DNA from: Candidatus Pollutiaquabacter sp.
GTDB lineage: Bacteria; Bacteroidota; Bacteroidia; AKYH767-A; 2013-40CM-41-45
NCBI GenBank assembly: GCA_903854075.1
Contig: CAINVI010000254.1
Location: 1 to 53,496 of the forward strand
DNA: 53,496 bases
Direction of reading: 5' to 3'
Each line of letters begins with the position of its first letter. Positions within the stretch are counted from its first letter, which is position 1. The position numbers and the translations under genes were made by a program. Under the pieces are notes generated by a model. The model saw nothing but the letters and a program-made list of their open reading frames with translations, had not been told where the DNA came from and searched no databases. Positions 8,921-19,250 of the stretch are shown here, piece after piece.

Positions 8921-10081
8921 TCACGCGACATGCCAGGCCGTGGCGACACGACGGGTTTCGCGGTCGGTAGCGATATAATCTTCCAACGACGGTTGCGCAA
9001 TAAACGGAACCTGCGACAAACAAGCTTCGATCATATCGGTCATTTCCAGAAATCCGATTTTATCGTGCAGGAAAGCGTCAACAGCCACTTCGTTGGCAGC
9101 GTTTATTATACACGGCGCATTACCGCCGCGTTTCATAGCTTCAATAGCCAATGCCAGATTTCTGAAGGTTTCCATATCGGGCTGTTCAAACGTCAGCGAC
9201 GGATACTGAAGAAAATTAAAGCGAGGGAATCCGGCAGCCAATCGCTCGGGATATCCGATAGCGTATTGTATGGGCAACTTCATGTCCGGCAATCCCATTT
9301 GCGCTTTCATGGAGCCATCGCGAAACTGTACAATGCTGTGAATGATGCTTTGCGGATGAACAATCACATCGATCTGATCCGGCTGTAAACCAAACAACCA
9401 CTTGGCTTCGATGATCTCCAGTCCTTTGTTCATCAATGAAGCGGAGTCGATTGTGATCTTCGCGCCCATATCCCAGTTGGGATGTTTTAACGCTTGTTCT
9501 TTTTTTACCGTTGCCAGGAAGTCGCGCGATTTTCCCCGGAAGGGGCCACCTGAGGCAGTCAGGTAAATTTTTTCAATCGGATTGTGCCATTCGCCGGCCA
9601 TGCATTGAAATATGGCGGAGTGTTCCGAATCAACCGGATAAATATTGACGGATTTTTCTTTCGCTAGCGCAGTGATCAGTTCACCGGCTACGACCAATGT
9701 TTCCTTATTGGCTAAGGCGATATGTTTGCCTGCTCGAATCGCACTGACTGTAGGACGTAATCCTGCATAACCTACCAGCGCCGTGAGCACCATATCTATA
9801 TTGTCCATCTGAACAACTTGTTCCAGTGCAGCTTCTCCGGCAAAAACCTTGATCGGTTCATCGGCCAATGCATCTTTCAGATACGTGTACTTACTCTCTT
9901 GCGCAATTACTACCGCATTCGGTTTGAATTCGAGCGCCTGACGGATCAGTAAATCAACGTTATTGTTTGAGGTCAATACTTCGACACAGAATTGACCTTG
10001 TTGTTCCCGCACGACATCAAGCGCCTGAGTTCCGATTGATCCGGTCGATCCTAAAATGGCAAGTCGGCGTGGTTTATTCAT
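8921..10081 (-). CDS. dxr: 1-deoxy-D-xylulose 5-phosphate reductoisomerase
   Basis: MNKPRRLAILGSTGSIGTQALDV gives the N-terminal NADPH fold. Other Dxr blocks present are LANKE, DSEHSA and NKGLE. The start is trimmed from the listed 10201 to the ATG at 10081. Confidence 0.92.
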   Translation of the reverse strand: MNKPRRLAILGSTGSIGTQALDVVREQQGQFCVEVLTSNNNVDLLIRQALEFKPNAVVIAQESKYTYLKDALADEPIKVFAGEAALEQVVQMDNIDMVLTALVGYAGLRPTVSAIRAGKHIALANKETLVVAGELITALAKEKSVNIYPVDSEHSAIFQCMAGEWHNPIEKIYLTASGGPFRGKSRDFLATVKKEQALKHPNWDMGAKITIDSASLMNKGLEIIEAKWLFGLQPDQIDVIVHPQSIIHSIVQFRDGSMKAQMGLPDMKLPIQYAIGYPERLAAGFPRFNFLQYPSLTFEQPDMETFRNLALAIEAMKRGGNAPCIINAANEVAVDAFLHDKIGFLEMTDMIEACLSQVPFIAQPSLEDYIATDRETRRVATAWHVA

Positions 10082-10215
10082 GATTGGCACGAAAATAGGA
10101 AAAAGGGAGAGAAAGCGAGTGGGGAAGGCGGTACAACAAGTTTTTTTTCGCATCTTTGTTATGAAATCAATGTCGCTGTTGTTAGCGCTTATTCTAAACA
10201 TTATTTCGGCTAATT

Positions 10216-11976
10216 ATGTTCAAAAAACTACTTATTGCGCTTTTTCCTATTGTAGCTCTTGGCGGATTAACCGCGGATACAATGTATTCTACCGGACGCG
10301 CCGGCAACACGGGTTCTCCCGGCGAAAGCACGTGTCGCGGATGTCATACTACCTATGCACTAAATTCTGGCGGAGGCTCCATAACAATTCAAAATACTTC
10401 CATGCCGGGAAATATTTATATTCCCGGACAAACGTACACGATGAGTGTAACGGTGGCACAATCCGGAATAAATCTCTTCGGATTTGGGTTGGAAGCCTTG
10501 ACGGCTTCCGGCGACAACGGCGGTACCCTTAACATCACCGATCCCGCATCGACACAGATTAAAACCGCTTTAATCGGCGGCATATCCCGCAGAAATGTGG
10601 TTCACACCTCCAATGGTGGCACCGGTAATGGTTCAAAAACATTCAACTTTAGTTGGACAGCTCCTGCGATAGGAACAGGAAACGTTACCTTCTATTTTTC
10701 CGGCATTGCTTCGAACGCAAATACATTCAGCTCGGGCGACTGGGTGTACCAGGGAACGTCACTGACAGTTACCGAGCAGCCGTGTAATCCTCCTGCACAG
10801 CCTACTCAAATTTCAGGAATCGGTACGCCTTGCGCCGGCTCAACACAAACGTATTCGGTAGCTGCTGATCCTTCAGCAACAAGTTATACCTGGACACTTC
10901 CTAATGGCTGGTCCGGCATATCATCAACGAATTCGATTACTGCAACACCAGGAGCCTCGGGCGGCACGATTACGGTGGTCGCTTTTAACGCATGCGGCCC
11001 GAGCGCTCTCCAGACTATTGCGGTTAATCCTATTCAGATTACTGCTTCCATAGCTACGGTTCCGGTGACTTGCTTTGGCGGCACCGACGGTTCTGCTACA
11101 GTCACCGCAAATGGTGGCGCGGTTCCGTATACCTTTACTTGGACCCCGAATGTGTCCACAGGCGCAACTGCCGCAGGATTATCTCCAGGAAATTACTCCG
11201 TAACAGTTTCCAATGCTGGCAATTGCCCGACAACACAAAGTTTTACTATTACTGAGCCACCACCATTGGTGGTTGATGCCGGAAGTTCAGTGCAAGCTTG
11301 TGCCGGTGCAGGCGCGGTTATTGGTGGTATTCCTCCTTCCGGCGGTACAACTCCTTACACGTATCAATGGACCGGGAATGCCGGCGCCATCTCATTTGCC
11401 CTTGCACCAGTAGTTTCCGGAACGAGTAATGAGAATTACACATTTACAGTTACCGATGCCAACGGTTGTTCAGCAAGTGACGTCATGCAATTGCAAGTTG
11501 CACAGCTACCTACTTCCTCCACCATCACCAATATCAACGATACACTCTTTGCATCACAGACCTTCAATTACCAGTGGTATTACAACAACACATTGATTCA
11601 GGGGGCCACCTCTAATTTCTATGCACCAACAGCAAATGGTGACTACACGGTAATCGTAACCGATCCTGTTTCCGGTTGCACCAATCAGTCTCTTCCATAT
11701 ACTTTTATCTCCACGGCTATTCCGACTGTTGAACAAATGAATATCGCCGTGTATCCGAATCCGGCTTCTGAAAATGTTGTTGTGACCAACAACTGGAAAT
11801 CCCAACGTGAATTAAACTATCAATTGATCAGTAGTATGGGGACTGTCGCCATCTCCGGTCAACTTCTGGAAACATCGCCTTCTTTGGATATTTCCGGCTT
11901 GCCCAATGGTTGCTATTCACTGCTGTTGGAGAGCAACGGTAAAAGATCAATGGTGCGACTGTTGATTCAACGGTAA
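10216..11976 (+). CDS. T9SS-sorted secreted protein: N-terminal domain with a CxxCH motif, PKD-like and SprB-type repeats, Por C-terminal domain
   Basis: Signal peptide MFKKLLIALFPIVALGG. The N-domain carries GESTCRGCH. An SprB-like repeat reads CFGGTDGSATVTANGGAVPYTFTW. The C-terminus VYPNPASENVVV...GCYSLLLESNGKRSMVRLLIQR is typical of T9SS type A sorting domains. Confidence 0.8.
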   Translation: MFKKLLIALFPIVALGGLTADTMYSTGRAGNTGSPGESTCRGCHTTYALNSGGGSITIQNTSMPGNIYIPGQTYTMSVTVAQSGINLFGFGLEALTASGDNGGTLNITDPASTQIKTALIGGISRRNVVHTSNGGTGNGSKTFNFSWTAPAIGTGNVTFYFSGIASNANTFSSGDWVYQGTSLTVTEQPCNPPAQPTQISGIGTPCAGSTQTYSVAADPSATSYTWTLPNGWSGISSTNSITATPGASGGTITVVAFNACGPSALQTIAVNPIQITASIATVPVTCFGGTDGSATVTANGGAVPYTFTWTPNVSTGATAAGLSPGNYSVTVSNAGNCPTTQSFTITEPPPLVVDAGSSVQACAGAGAVIGGIPPSGGTTPYTYQWTGNAGAISFALAPVVSGTSNENYTFTVTDANGCSASDVMQLQVAQLPTSSTITNINDTLFASQTFNYQWYYNNTLIQGATSNFYAPTANGDYTVIVTDPVSGCTNQSLPYTFISTAIPTVEQMNIAVYPNPASENVVVTNNWKSQRELNYQLISSMGTVAISGQLLETSPSLDISGLPNGCYSLLLESNGKRSMVRLLIQR

Positions 11977-11998
11977 ATACAAATCAGTTTATCCAGCA

Positions 11999-12033
11999 TA
12001 AAAAAACGGGAAGTATTGCTTCCCGTTTTTTTA
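11999..12033. terminator. bidirectional rho-independent terminator between convergent genes
   Basis: aaaaaaa-cgggaag-tattg-cttcccg-ttttttt. The 7-bp GC-rich stem is flanked by an A-run and a T-run, so it can serve both the cargo gene (+) and alkB (-). Confidence 0.6.
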
Positions 12034-12651
12034 TTTTTCGAGCGATGACATTTTCATGGTCCGAAAGGTAAGATTGATGCGTGGACTTGAAATCCGTTTT
12101 GATTTAGGCAGGGCGTGCAACCAGTTTTTTTGCACATTGCTTTCCATGACCAACAAACTTCCATTTTCCAACAAAATTGACTGCGAGGTTTTGTTGGTTT
12201 TGTGCTGAAAGGAAAATTTACGCGCCGCTCCGAAACTTATCGAAACAATTGATGCATCCGGTTCAAGCGTGTCTTCATCATCACTGTGCCACGACATTCC
12301 TTCTTGTCCATCGTGATAAAGATTCAGCAAACAAGAGTTAAAAGATTTTCCGGTATGCTTTTCGGCAATCGATTTTATATTTTTTAATACATCGTTCCAG
12401 GGCAATGCTTTTTTTGCCGAATGAGAATAGGTGTAGACAAACGGGAGATCGCCGTACCATCCCACTTTTCGTTTGGTGATGATTTTTTTCCCGAACATAA
12501 GTATTTCGTCTTGCTTCCAGTCGATGGTATGAAGCAGCTGGTCGAAAATTGCATCACCTACTTCTTGCGAAAAAACTTGTCGATAGTAATAAGCATCGCC
12601 ATCGAAGGGCAGTATGTTTTCGGCAGGATTTTCCGGGAAAGGAATCAACAT
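12031..12651 (-). CDS. alkB: alpha-ketoglutarate/Fe(II)-dependent dioxygenase AlkB (alkylation repair)
   Basis: Contains LLNLYHDGQEGMSWHSDDE (HxD iron ligands) and a C-terminal RINLTFR, both characteristic of AlkB. Confidence 0.8.
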   Translation of the reverse strand: MLIPFPENPAENILPFDGDAYYYRQVFSQEVGDAIFDQLLHTIDWKQDEILMFGKKIITKRKVGWYGDLPFVYTYSHSAKKALPWNDVLKNIKSIAEKHTGKSFNSCLLNLYHDGQEGMSWHSDDEDTLEPDASIVSISFGAARKFSFQHKTNKTSQSILLENGSLLVMESNVQKNWLHALPKSKRISSPRINLTFRTMKMSSLEK

Positions 12652-12653
12652 AC

Positions 12654-14135
12654 CTACAGTAAGTTGGCAATACTTCGGTCGTTTGCCAGCCGCGGCACTT
12701 TGTTTTGTCCGCCAAGCTTCCCCAGCTTGCGCATGTAGTCGCGGAACGCGCCGGGTTTGAGCGGACGGATCTTCAGCGACTGTAACATGTTTCCCTGGAT
12801 CAGATCACGGTAGTAACTGTTTTGCCGTTGCATGCTTTCGTCGACAGCTTTGACAAAGCCATCAAGATCTTCCGGTTGCTTGTCGAATTCAATAAACCAT
12901 TCGTGATAGGGAAGTCCGCCTTCCGGCGGATCGAGCTGCGGCGCTACGGTGAATTCGACAACCTCCGCGTGTTGCAGCGCTGCCGCTTCGGTAAGTGCGC
13001 GCTCCACTTCTTCGGCAATGACGTGCTCACCACTCGCAGAGAGAAAATGTTTGACACGACCGGTTACAACAATCCGGTACGGATTCAACGATACGAACTT
13101 GACGGTATCTCCCAAATTGTATCCCCACAGTCCGGCATTTGAATTGATGACGATGGCGTAATTTACGCCAAGCTTTACATCCTTAATACTGATTCGTGTA
13201 GGATCGGGCTGATCAAATGTCTCCGCCGGAATGAATTCGAAAAAAATTCCGCTGTTTAACAATAATAACAACCCGTTATTGTCTTGTCGGTCCTGATAAG
13301 CGATAAATCCCTCGCTCGCGGGATACAACTCGATGGAATCAATTTTACGACCGATACTTTGTTCGAGTTTTTTCCGGTAGGGCTCGTAATTTACACCACC
13401 GTACACGAACAGATCAAAATTCGGAAAAAGATCTTTGACTGCTTTTCCTGACTTTTCCAGTAGTCGGTCGAAATACATCTGCACCCACGGTGGGATGCCG
13501 GAAATAAAGCGCATATCCTGGTGAACAGTTTCGTTCACAATCGCATCAATCTTTGTCTCCCAGTCTTCGATGGTATTCGTGGCATACGACGGAAGTTGTC
13601 GAGTGCGTAAGTAGCCTGGGACATGATGGTTTACAATTCCGGAGAGTCGGCCGCAAAGAATTCCGTTAACCTTTTCCAGCGCAGGCGATCCGCTGATGAA
13701 GATCATTTTCCCGTTGAGAAAACGGCAATTACCGGTTTCGTGAATATAGCTTAGCAGTGCATCCCGGGTTGCATTGATGTGATTTGAAATGGAGTCGCCG
13801 GTAATTGGAATGTATTTCGTTCCGGATGTTGTTCCAGATGTTTTCGCGAGGTACAACGGTTTCCCGGGCCACATAACACTCGCTTCACCGGATTTCGTGC
13901 GGTTGAAATAAGTGGACAATCCTTCGTAGTCGCGAACGGGTACGTTTTTTTTGAAGGAAGTGTAATCGGAAATTTCAGTGAAACGATGATCGCGACCAAA
14001 CGCGGTAACTTTTCCACGTCGGATTAGTTCCTGAAATATTTTTTCCTGTACTGCTACGCCATTACTGCTCCATCGTCGCGTTTTTGCGGCGGAGTAATTG
14101 GCCAATTGTTTGCTGAGAAAGGATAACAGTCCCAT
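12654..14135 (-). CDS. GH3 family (auxin-responsive-promoter-like) adenylate-forming enzyme
   Basis: The motif KTSGTTSGTKYIP and the overall length and blocks match the bacterial GH3 family. Its stop is 2 nt upstream of the alkB start. Confidence 0.8.
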   Translation of the reverse strand: MGLLSFLSKQLANYSAAKTRRWSSNGVAVQEKIFQELIRRGKVTAFGRDHRFTEISDYTSFKKNVPVRDYEGLSTYFNRTKSGEASVMWPGKPLYLAKTSGTTSGTKYIPITGDSISNHINATRDALLSYIHETGNCRFLNGKMIFISGSPALEKVNGILCGRLSGIVNHHVPGYLRTRQLPSYATNTIEDWETKIDAIVNETVHQDMRFISGIPPWVQMYFDRLLEKSGKAVKDLFPNFDLFVYGGVNYEPYRKKLEQSIGRKIDSIELYPASEGFIAYQDRQDNNGLLLLLNSGIFFEFIPAETFDQPDPTRISIKDVKLGVNYAIVINSNAGLWGYNLGDTVKFVSLNPYRIVVTGRVKHFLSASGEHVIAEEVERALTEAAALQHAEVVEFTVAPQLDPPEGGLPYHEWFIEFDKQPEDLDGFVKAVDESMQRQNSYYRDLIQGNMLQSLKIRPLKPGAFRDYMRKLGKLGGQNKVPRLANDRSIANLL

Positions 14136-14237
14136 GGTTCGGGAAAATGGAGCAGGATACTGCGTATAAAATTACGTCATTTCCGACAATAACACCAACC
14201 ACCGGAGCGCTGTTTTGTTCAGGAGAAGTGCGAACGA

Positions 14238-15107
14238 TTAGAAGGCGATGTACTTCGCAGGGTCTAGCGCACTGCCATTGAACCACAGTTCAAAATGAAG
14301 ATGTGGTCCGGAGCTCATTTCGCCGGAATTTCCAATGACAGCGATTGCATCACCGGCTTTTACGAACTGACCGGACTTTTTGAGCAAGGCGGAGTTGTGT
14401 TTGTAAAACGAAAAGAGGTTGTTGCTATGCTGAATACCTATAACCCAGCCGGTTTCCGCCGTGAAATTTGCGAGAATTACGGTGCCGTCCAGCGTAGCTT
14501 TGATTGGTTCGTTGATGGCCGCGGTGACGTCGATACCGTAATGTTTTTTGACGGCATCAAAACGGTTGGTTACGGTTCCTTTCACCGGCGCAAAAAAGAG
14601 GAAGCTGCGAATACTGTTGCCCAACGATGCATCATCACTGGCGCTAAGTGAAAACGGATCCTGCGACTCAATATCCAGCCGAAGCAGCGAATCCTGCACC
14701 GACCGCGCGAGTTCTTTAATCGTATCGTACCGCTCCGCATTTTCAGGTTGTTCTACAATGGAATCCTGCGGCAATTTCCCATTGATGATCATCCGTAGAT
14801 TGGAAAGGTATAAATCACGCGCATTCAGGGACCGTTCCAGCGAATCGGCTTCCTGCACGAGCCGAACAACTTGACGGCGGCTTTGAACGTCCGCGTAGCC
14901 CGGAATATATTCGCGCAAAGGCGTAAAGGCGATGATGAAGGTTGTCAGCGTAATCAACAGAATGATTCCCAGTCCTCCGGCCACAAAAACATTCAACGGC
15001 CGTAAGTTGAACGAAGCCTTCTCTTCGAAGGTATCTTCGTTCATAATGACCATTCGGTACCGGTTTTTCAACCGTTTGACCCACTCTTTTTGTTGCTTTT
15101 TTGCCAT
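14238..15107 (-). CDS. M23 family metallopeptidase with N-terminal membrane anchor
   Basis: One TM helix (VFVAGGLGIILLITLTTFIIAF). The C-terminal LytM/M23 signature is GNSGEMSSGPHLHFELW. Confidence 0.85.
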   Translation of the reverse strand: MAKKQQKEWVKRLKNRYRMVIMNEDTFEEKASFNLRPLNVFVAGGLGIILLITLTTFIIAFTPLREYIPGYADVQSRRQVVRLVQEADSLERSLNARDLYLSNLRMIINGKLPQDSIVEQPENAERYDTIKELARSVQDSLLRLDIESQDPFSLSASDDASLGNSIRSFLFFAPVKGTVTNRFDAVKKHYGIDVTAAINEPIKATLDGTVILANFTAETGWVIGIQHSNNLFSFYKHNSALLKKSGQFVKAGDAIAVIGNSGEMSSGPHLHFELWFNGSALDPAKYIAF

Positions 15108-15267
15108 TTTCAGGCCTCAAACCTACTCTTTTAATAGGGATCATTCAATGTAAAATTGCATTCACCAAGAAAACGAGCCGAAACGCCCATAATTACGGCC
15201 ACCGATTAAGGGCAAATCCCCCGCCTTTTAAAATATTTTCGCAGTTTTGCAGTTATTCCCTTTCTTA

Positions 15268-17931
15268 ATGTACCACCGACGCGTGAAGCGCCTTTACTTT
15301 TCTTATTTCCGACTAATATTCGGGGCGTTCCTGGTTTTTGGGTGTTCCCAGACAAAGGATACGTTTATCAACCGGAATTGCCATAATTTATCGGCACACT
15401 ACAACGGCTATTATAACGCCGGATTGAAGATCGAGGAAGGAAAAGAGAAACTGGCGGAATCGCATACCGATTCCTACGACCGCGTACTCCGTGTTTTTCC
15501 GTATGCCAACGCTGAAAAGGCAAAGGCTGTTTATCCGCAGATGGACGATGCTATTAAACGCCTGTCCACGTCCATTTCCAAACATACCATGTACGACAAG
15601 CGCGGTAATGAGAAACCGGCTTCGGAACATTGGATTGACGATAACTGGCTGCTTTGGGGACAAGCGATGTTTTTCAAACACGAGTATTTCCAGGCAATGG
15701 ATGCCTTTAAATATGTTGAGGCCACGTACAAGACAGAACCTGGCCGCTACCTGGCTTCTTTGTGGATTGCCAAAACGTACCTGGAACTTACTCAGCTAAA
15801 CGAAGCGGAGACCAAACTCGACTATCTGCGCAACACGCCGGACTTCCCCAAAAAACACCGCTGGGAGCTGGAAGCTACTGCGGCTGACTTTTATGTGCAG
15901 GTGAAAAACTATCCGAAAGCGATAGAACACCTGCAGGTAGCAGCAGAAAAAGCACCAAAGCGCGAAGACCGAATCCGTTTCCTGTTCATTCTTGCACAGC
16001 TGAATCAACAGCTCGAGCAATTTCCAGCTGCCTTTGCACTCTACTCGAAGATCATCAAGATGAATCCGAAGTACGAGATGGCATTTAACGCGCGAATCAA
16101 CCGGGCACGCTGTTATGATGCAGCGAGCGGAAGCAGCGACGAGGTGAAAAAAGAGCTCGAGGTGCTCGCAAAAGATCCGAAGAACAAGGACTTCCTGGAT
16201 CAGATCTATTATGCACACGCCGGGATCGCAAAAAAAGAAGGTCGACAGGAAGATGAAATCGCTTACCTAAACAAATCTATCCAGGCAAGCACGACGAACA
16301 AGAACCAGAAAGCGCTTTCGTACCTGGAGTTGGCAAAAATTAGTTTTGAAAAACCGGAGTATAAGAAAGCGCAGTTGTATTACGACAGCGTAGTCACTAA
16401 CCTGGCGAATGATTTTCCGGAGTATTCGGAAATTCTTCAGCGCAGAAACAGTCTGACCAAACTGGTGCGCTACCTGAATACGATCGCTAAGGAAGACAGC
16501 TTGCAACAGCTCGCTAAAATGACGCCGGAGCAACAGCAGGCGTTGGCGCTGGAAGTGATTAAGAAAAAAGAAGAGGACGCTAAAAAGAAAAAAGAGCTTG
16601 AGCAAAAAGAGCAACCTGCGAATCAGATCTTCAATGACAAGCAAGGACAAGCCAACCAGTTCAATCAGCAAAGCGGTTCCAACTGGTACTTCTACAACGC
16701 ACAGGCGGTAAGTTTCGGATTCAATGAGTTTGTGAAACGCTGGGGTAATCGTCCGCTCGAAGATAATTGGCGACGAAGCAACAAAGAGTCTGTAGCGCCT
16801 GCGCCGATCGAAGAGGAGGAAAGTGCTCAGGCCGACACTTCAAAAGCTGGCGACAAGGAAAAGAAGAACGACCCCGAAGAGCAGGCTAAAGAGCTGGTCA
16901 AGATTATTCCTTCAACACCCGAAGCGCTGGAGAAGTCCACTAACAAGGTCATCGACGCGTATTACAATGCCGCTATGTTGTATCGGGAGCAGTTCAATGA
17001 TTTGAAAAGCTCCATCAAGATGTTTGAAGAGATGCTGGCGCGTTTCCCGAAAAGCAAGTACGAGCCGCAATCCTATTACCAGCTATACCGGATGTGCGAA
17101 AAGTTGGGCGACACGCAGAAGGCCGAGTATTACAAAAATCTTATCCTGAACGAATATCCTAATACGGATTACGCACAGATTATCAAGAATCCGGATTATG
17201 CCTCGCAGATGGCCTCGCGGAAGTCCGAAGCGGAATTGTTTTACGAAGAGACCTATCGTAAATACCTCAATGCAGAATACGCTACGGTGATACAACGCCG
17301 CAATCAAGCATTACTTCAATTTCCGGAGAACGCTTACATGCCGCAGTTTGACCTGTTACGGGCACTGTGCATTGGTCGGACGCAGCCTTTACCACAGTTT
17401 GAGGCGTCGTTGAGTGAAGTGGTGCGTATGTATCCGGAAAATCCGGTGAAAGAGCAGGCGCAGCAAATGCTGGATTATATCAAGAGTGCAGGCGCTGCAG
17501 CTCCGCAGACACCACCTTCCGCTCCGGTTGCGGATCCGAACGACAAGAAGAACAAGAGAGCGTATACGTATATGCCGGATACCACGCATTACGTGGTAAT
17601 CATTTTCCAGAATATCGGCGGGCCGGTTGATGGAAATCGATTGAAAACGAAACTGTCGAATTTCAACGCGACGAACTATTCCAATAAAGGGCTGGCCGTT
17701 CAGGACTTATTGCTGGATCATCGCTTCAAGATGCTTGTCATTCGGGAGTTGTCCAACAAAGCGGATGCGATGCGTTACAATGATCACCTGTATAATAATG
17801 ACGAGGTGTACGGAAATATCAATCCGGATGGCTACAAACAGTTTGCCATATCTGCCAATAATCTCCCCGAATTGTTGAAGCAGAAAAAAGCAGATGAGTA
17901 CGAGGATTTTTTCCGATCCTTCTATAAGTAA
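15268..17931 (+). CDS. sprE: TPR-repeat lipoprotein, probable T9SS component PorW/SprE
   Basis: Lipobox LVFGCSQ. The N-terminal NRNCHNLSAHYNGYYNA resembles the conserved R-x-x-H-x-x-x-x-x-YN-x-x-(F/Y)N block I recall from PorW/SprE. It has about 890 aa with many TPR-like helices and a central K/E-rich linker. ATG 15268 is preferred over the listed TTG at 15247. Confidence 0.65.
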   Translation: MYHRRVKRLYFSYFRLIFGAFLVFGCSQTKDTFINRNCHNLSAHYNGYYNAGLKIEEGKEKLAESHTDSYDRVLRVFPYANAEKAKAVYPQMDDAIKRLSTSISKHTMYDKRGNEKPASEHWIDDNWLLWGQAMFFKHEYFQAMDAFKYVEATYKTEPGRYLASLWIAKTYLELTQLNEAETKLDYLRNTPDFPKKHRWELEATAADFYVQVKNYPKAIEHLQVAAEKAPKREDRIRFLFILAQLNQQLEQFPAAFALYSKIIKMNPKYEMAFNARINRARCYDAASGSSDEVKKELEVLAKDPKNKDFLDQIYYAHAGIAKKEGRQEDEIAYLNKSIQASTTNKNQKALSYLELAKISFEKPEYKKAQLYYDSVVTNLANDFPEYSEILQRRNSLTKLVRYLNTIAKEDSLQQLAKMTPEQQQALALEVIKKKEEDAKKKKELEQKEQPANQIFNDKQGQANQFNQQSGSNWYFYNAQAVSFGFNEFVKRWGNRPLEDNWRRSNKESVAPAPIEEEESAQADTSKAGDKEKKNDPEEQAKELVKIIPSTPEALEKSTNKVIDAYYNAAMLYREQFNDLKSSIKMFEEMLARFPKSKYEPQSYYQLYRMCEKLGDTQKAEYYKNLILNEYPNTDYAQIIKNPDYASQMASRKSEAELFYEETYRKYLNAEYATVIQRRNQALLQFPENAYMPQFDLLRALCIGRTQPLPQFEASLSEVVRMYPENPVKEQAQQMLDYIKSAGAAAPQTPPSAPVADPNDKKNKRAYTYMPDTTHYVVIIFQNIGGPVDGNRLKTKLSNFNATNYSNKGLAVQDLLLDHRFKMLVIRELSNKADAMRYNDHLYNNDEVYGNINPDGYKQFAISANNLPELLKQKKADEYEDFFRSFYK

Positions 17932-18038
17932 ATACGCCGTCCTTTTATAGTTTTCTTGTCTGCAGTAATACAGTTACCGATAAACCAACTACTATTGAGG
18001 GCGAATCGTTATTTTTGTGGTGTATATAACTCAGTATT

Positions 18039-19250
18039 ATGACGTACGATATAGCCATCATTGGTGGAGGAATTGTTGGAGCGGCTACCTTTTATAAACT
18101 GCAAAAGAAAAATCCCGGTTTGCGGATGGTGCTTATCGAAAAGATGGACCAGCTAGCCGATCATCAGACCGGACATAACTCAGGGGTAATACATTCAGGG
18201 TTGTATTACAAGCCTGGATCCTTGAAGGCGAGGAATTGTATTCAAGGCCGACACGAATTAGTGGCCTTCGCCAAGCAATATGGGATCAAACACGATGTTT
18301 GTGGAAAAGTGGTAGTCGCCACGGATCCGGTGGAATTACCAAACCTGGAAAAGATATTTAAAACAGGTCTCGAGAATAAGATTGAAGGGATTGAAAAAAT
18401 AACGGCCGATCAGGTACGCGAACACGAGCCGCACGTAAAAAGTATCGGCGGTATTTGGGTGCCATGTACTGGAATCATTGATTTTAGAGGCGCTACCGAA
18501 AAGATGGCGGAACTGGCACTGGCGATGCAGCCCGAAAGCAGAATGCAACTGGGGGAGGAAGTTCTTGGTATTGAGAAAGGAGAGGAAACGTCGACTGTCG
18601 TAACCACTAAAAATAAGTATACCGCCAGGTATCTCGTGTTCTGCGCGGGCTTACAAGCCGATCGTTTGGCAAAAAAGGACGGCGTGAAGCTGAAAGAAAA
18701 AGTGGTTGGATTCCGCGGTGATTACTATGAATTGACCGATGCTGCTAAACACAAAGTGAGAAATTTGATTTATCCGGTCCCTAATCCGGACTTCCCGTTT
18801 CTTGGTGTACATTTTACCCGAATGACCGATGGTGAGGTGGAATGCGGTCCTAATGCTGTATTCACGTTCAAGCGCGAAGGCTATGGAAAAACAGATTTTT
18901 CGCTAACAGACTCTTGGGATGCGTTGACATACGGTGGAACATGGAAGTTGTTCTTTAAGAACATGTCATTTGGCATCAACGAATACCGTCGCGCGTTTTC
19001 AAAAAAATTATTTTTAAAAACACTGCAACGAATGATTCCATCCTTAATGATGGAAGACATAAAGCCTGGCAGAGCAGGCGTGCGCGCGTTATTACTGTCT
19101 CAGGATGGAGATACGCGGGATGATTTCAGGATCGAATACCACGGCCGTTCGATTCACGTGTTGAATGCTCCTTCTCCCGCCGCTACTGCATCATTGGCTA
19201 TCGGAGGGTTTATCGCCGAGGAGGCGGAAAAGCAGTTTAATTTGAAGTAA
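18039..19250 (+). CDS. lhgO: L-2-hydroxyglutarate oxidase (FAD-dependent)
   Basis: YDIAIIGGGIVGAAT (FAD fold) and HQTGHNSGVIHSGLYYKPGSLKA closely track E. coli LhgO as I remember it. Confidence 0.85.
   Translation: MTYDIAIIGGGIVGAATFYKLQKKNPGLRMVLIEKMDQLADHQTGHNSGVIHSGLYYKPGSLKARNCIQGRHELVAFAKQYGIKHDVCGKVVVATDPVELPNLEKIFKTGLENKIEGIEKITADQVREHEPHVKSIGGIWVPCTGIIDFRGATEKMAELALAMQPESRMQLGEEVLGIEKGEETSTVVTTKNKYTARYLVFCAGLQADRLAKKDGVKLKEKVVGFRGDYYELTDAAKHKVRNLIYPVPNPDFPFLGVHFTRMTDGEVECGPNAVFTFKREGYGKTDFSLTDSWDALTYGGTWKLFFKNMSFGINEYRRAFSKKLFLKTLQRMIPSLMMEDIKPGRAGVRALLLSQDGDTRDDFRIEYHGRSIHVLNAPSPAATASLAIGGFIAEEAEKQFNLK

Noticed and set aside
10056-10532. 158-aa plus-strand ORF bridging the dxr upstream region and the start of the cargo gene.
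   Set aside because: It overlaps the dxr N-terminus in antisense and is out of frame with the cargo gene, which has a proper signal peptide at 10216.
15388-17589. Multiple minus-strand and off-frame ORFs within the SprE/PorW-like gene.
   Set aside because: The long plus-strand frame has a lipobox and TPR periodicity. The others are short, overlapping and compositionally odd.
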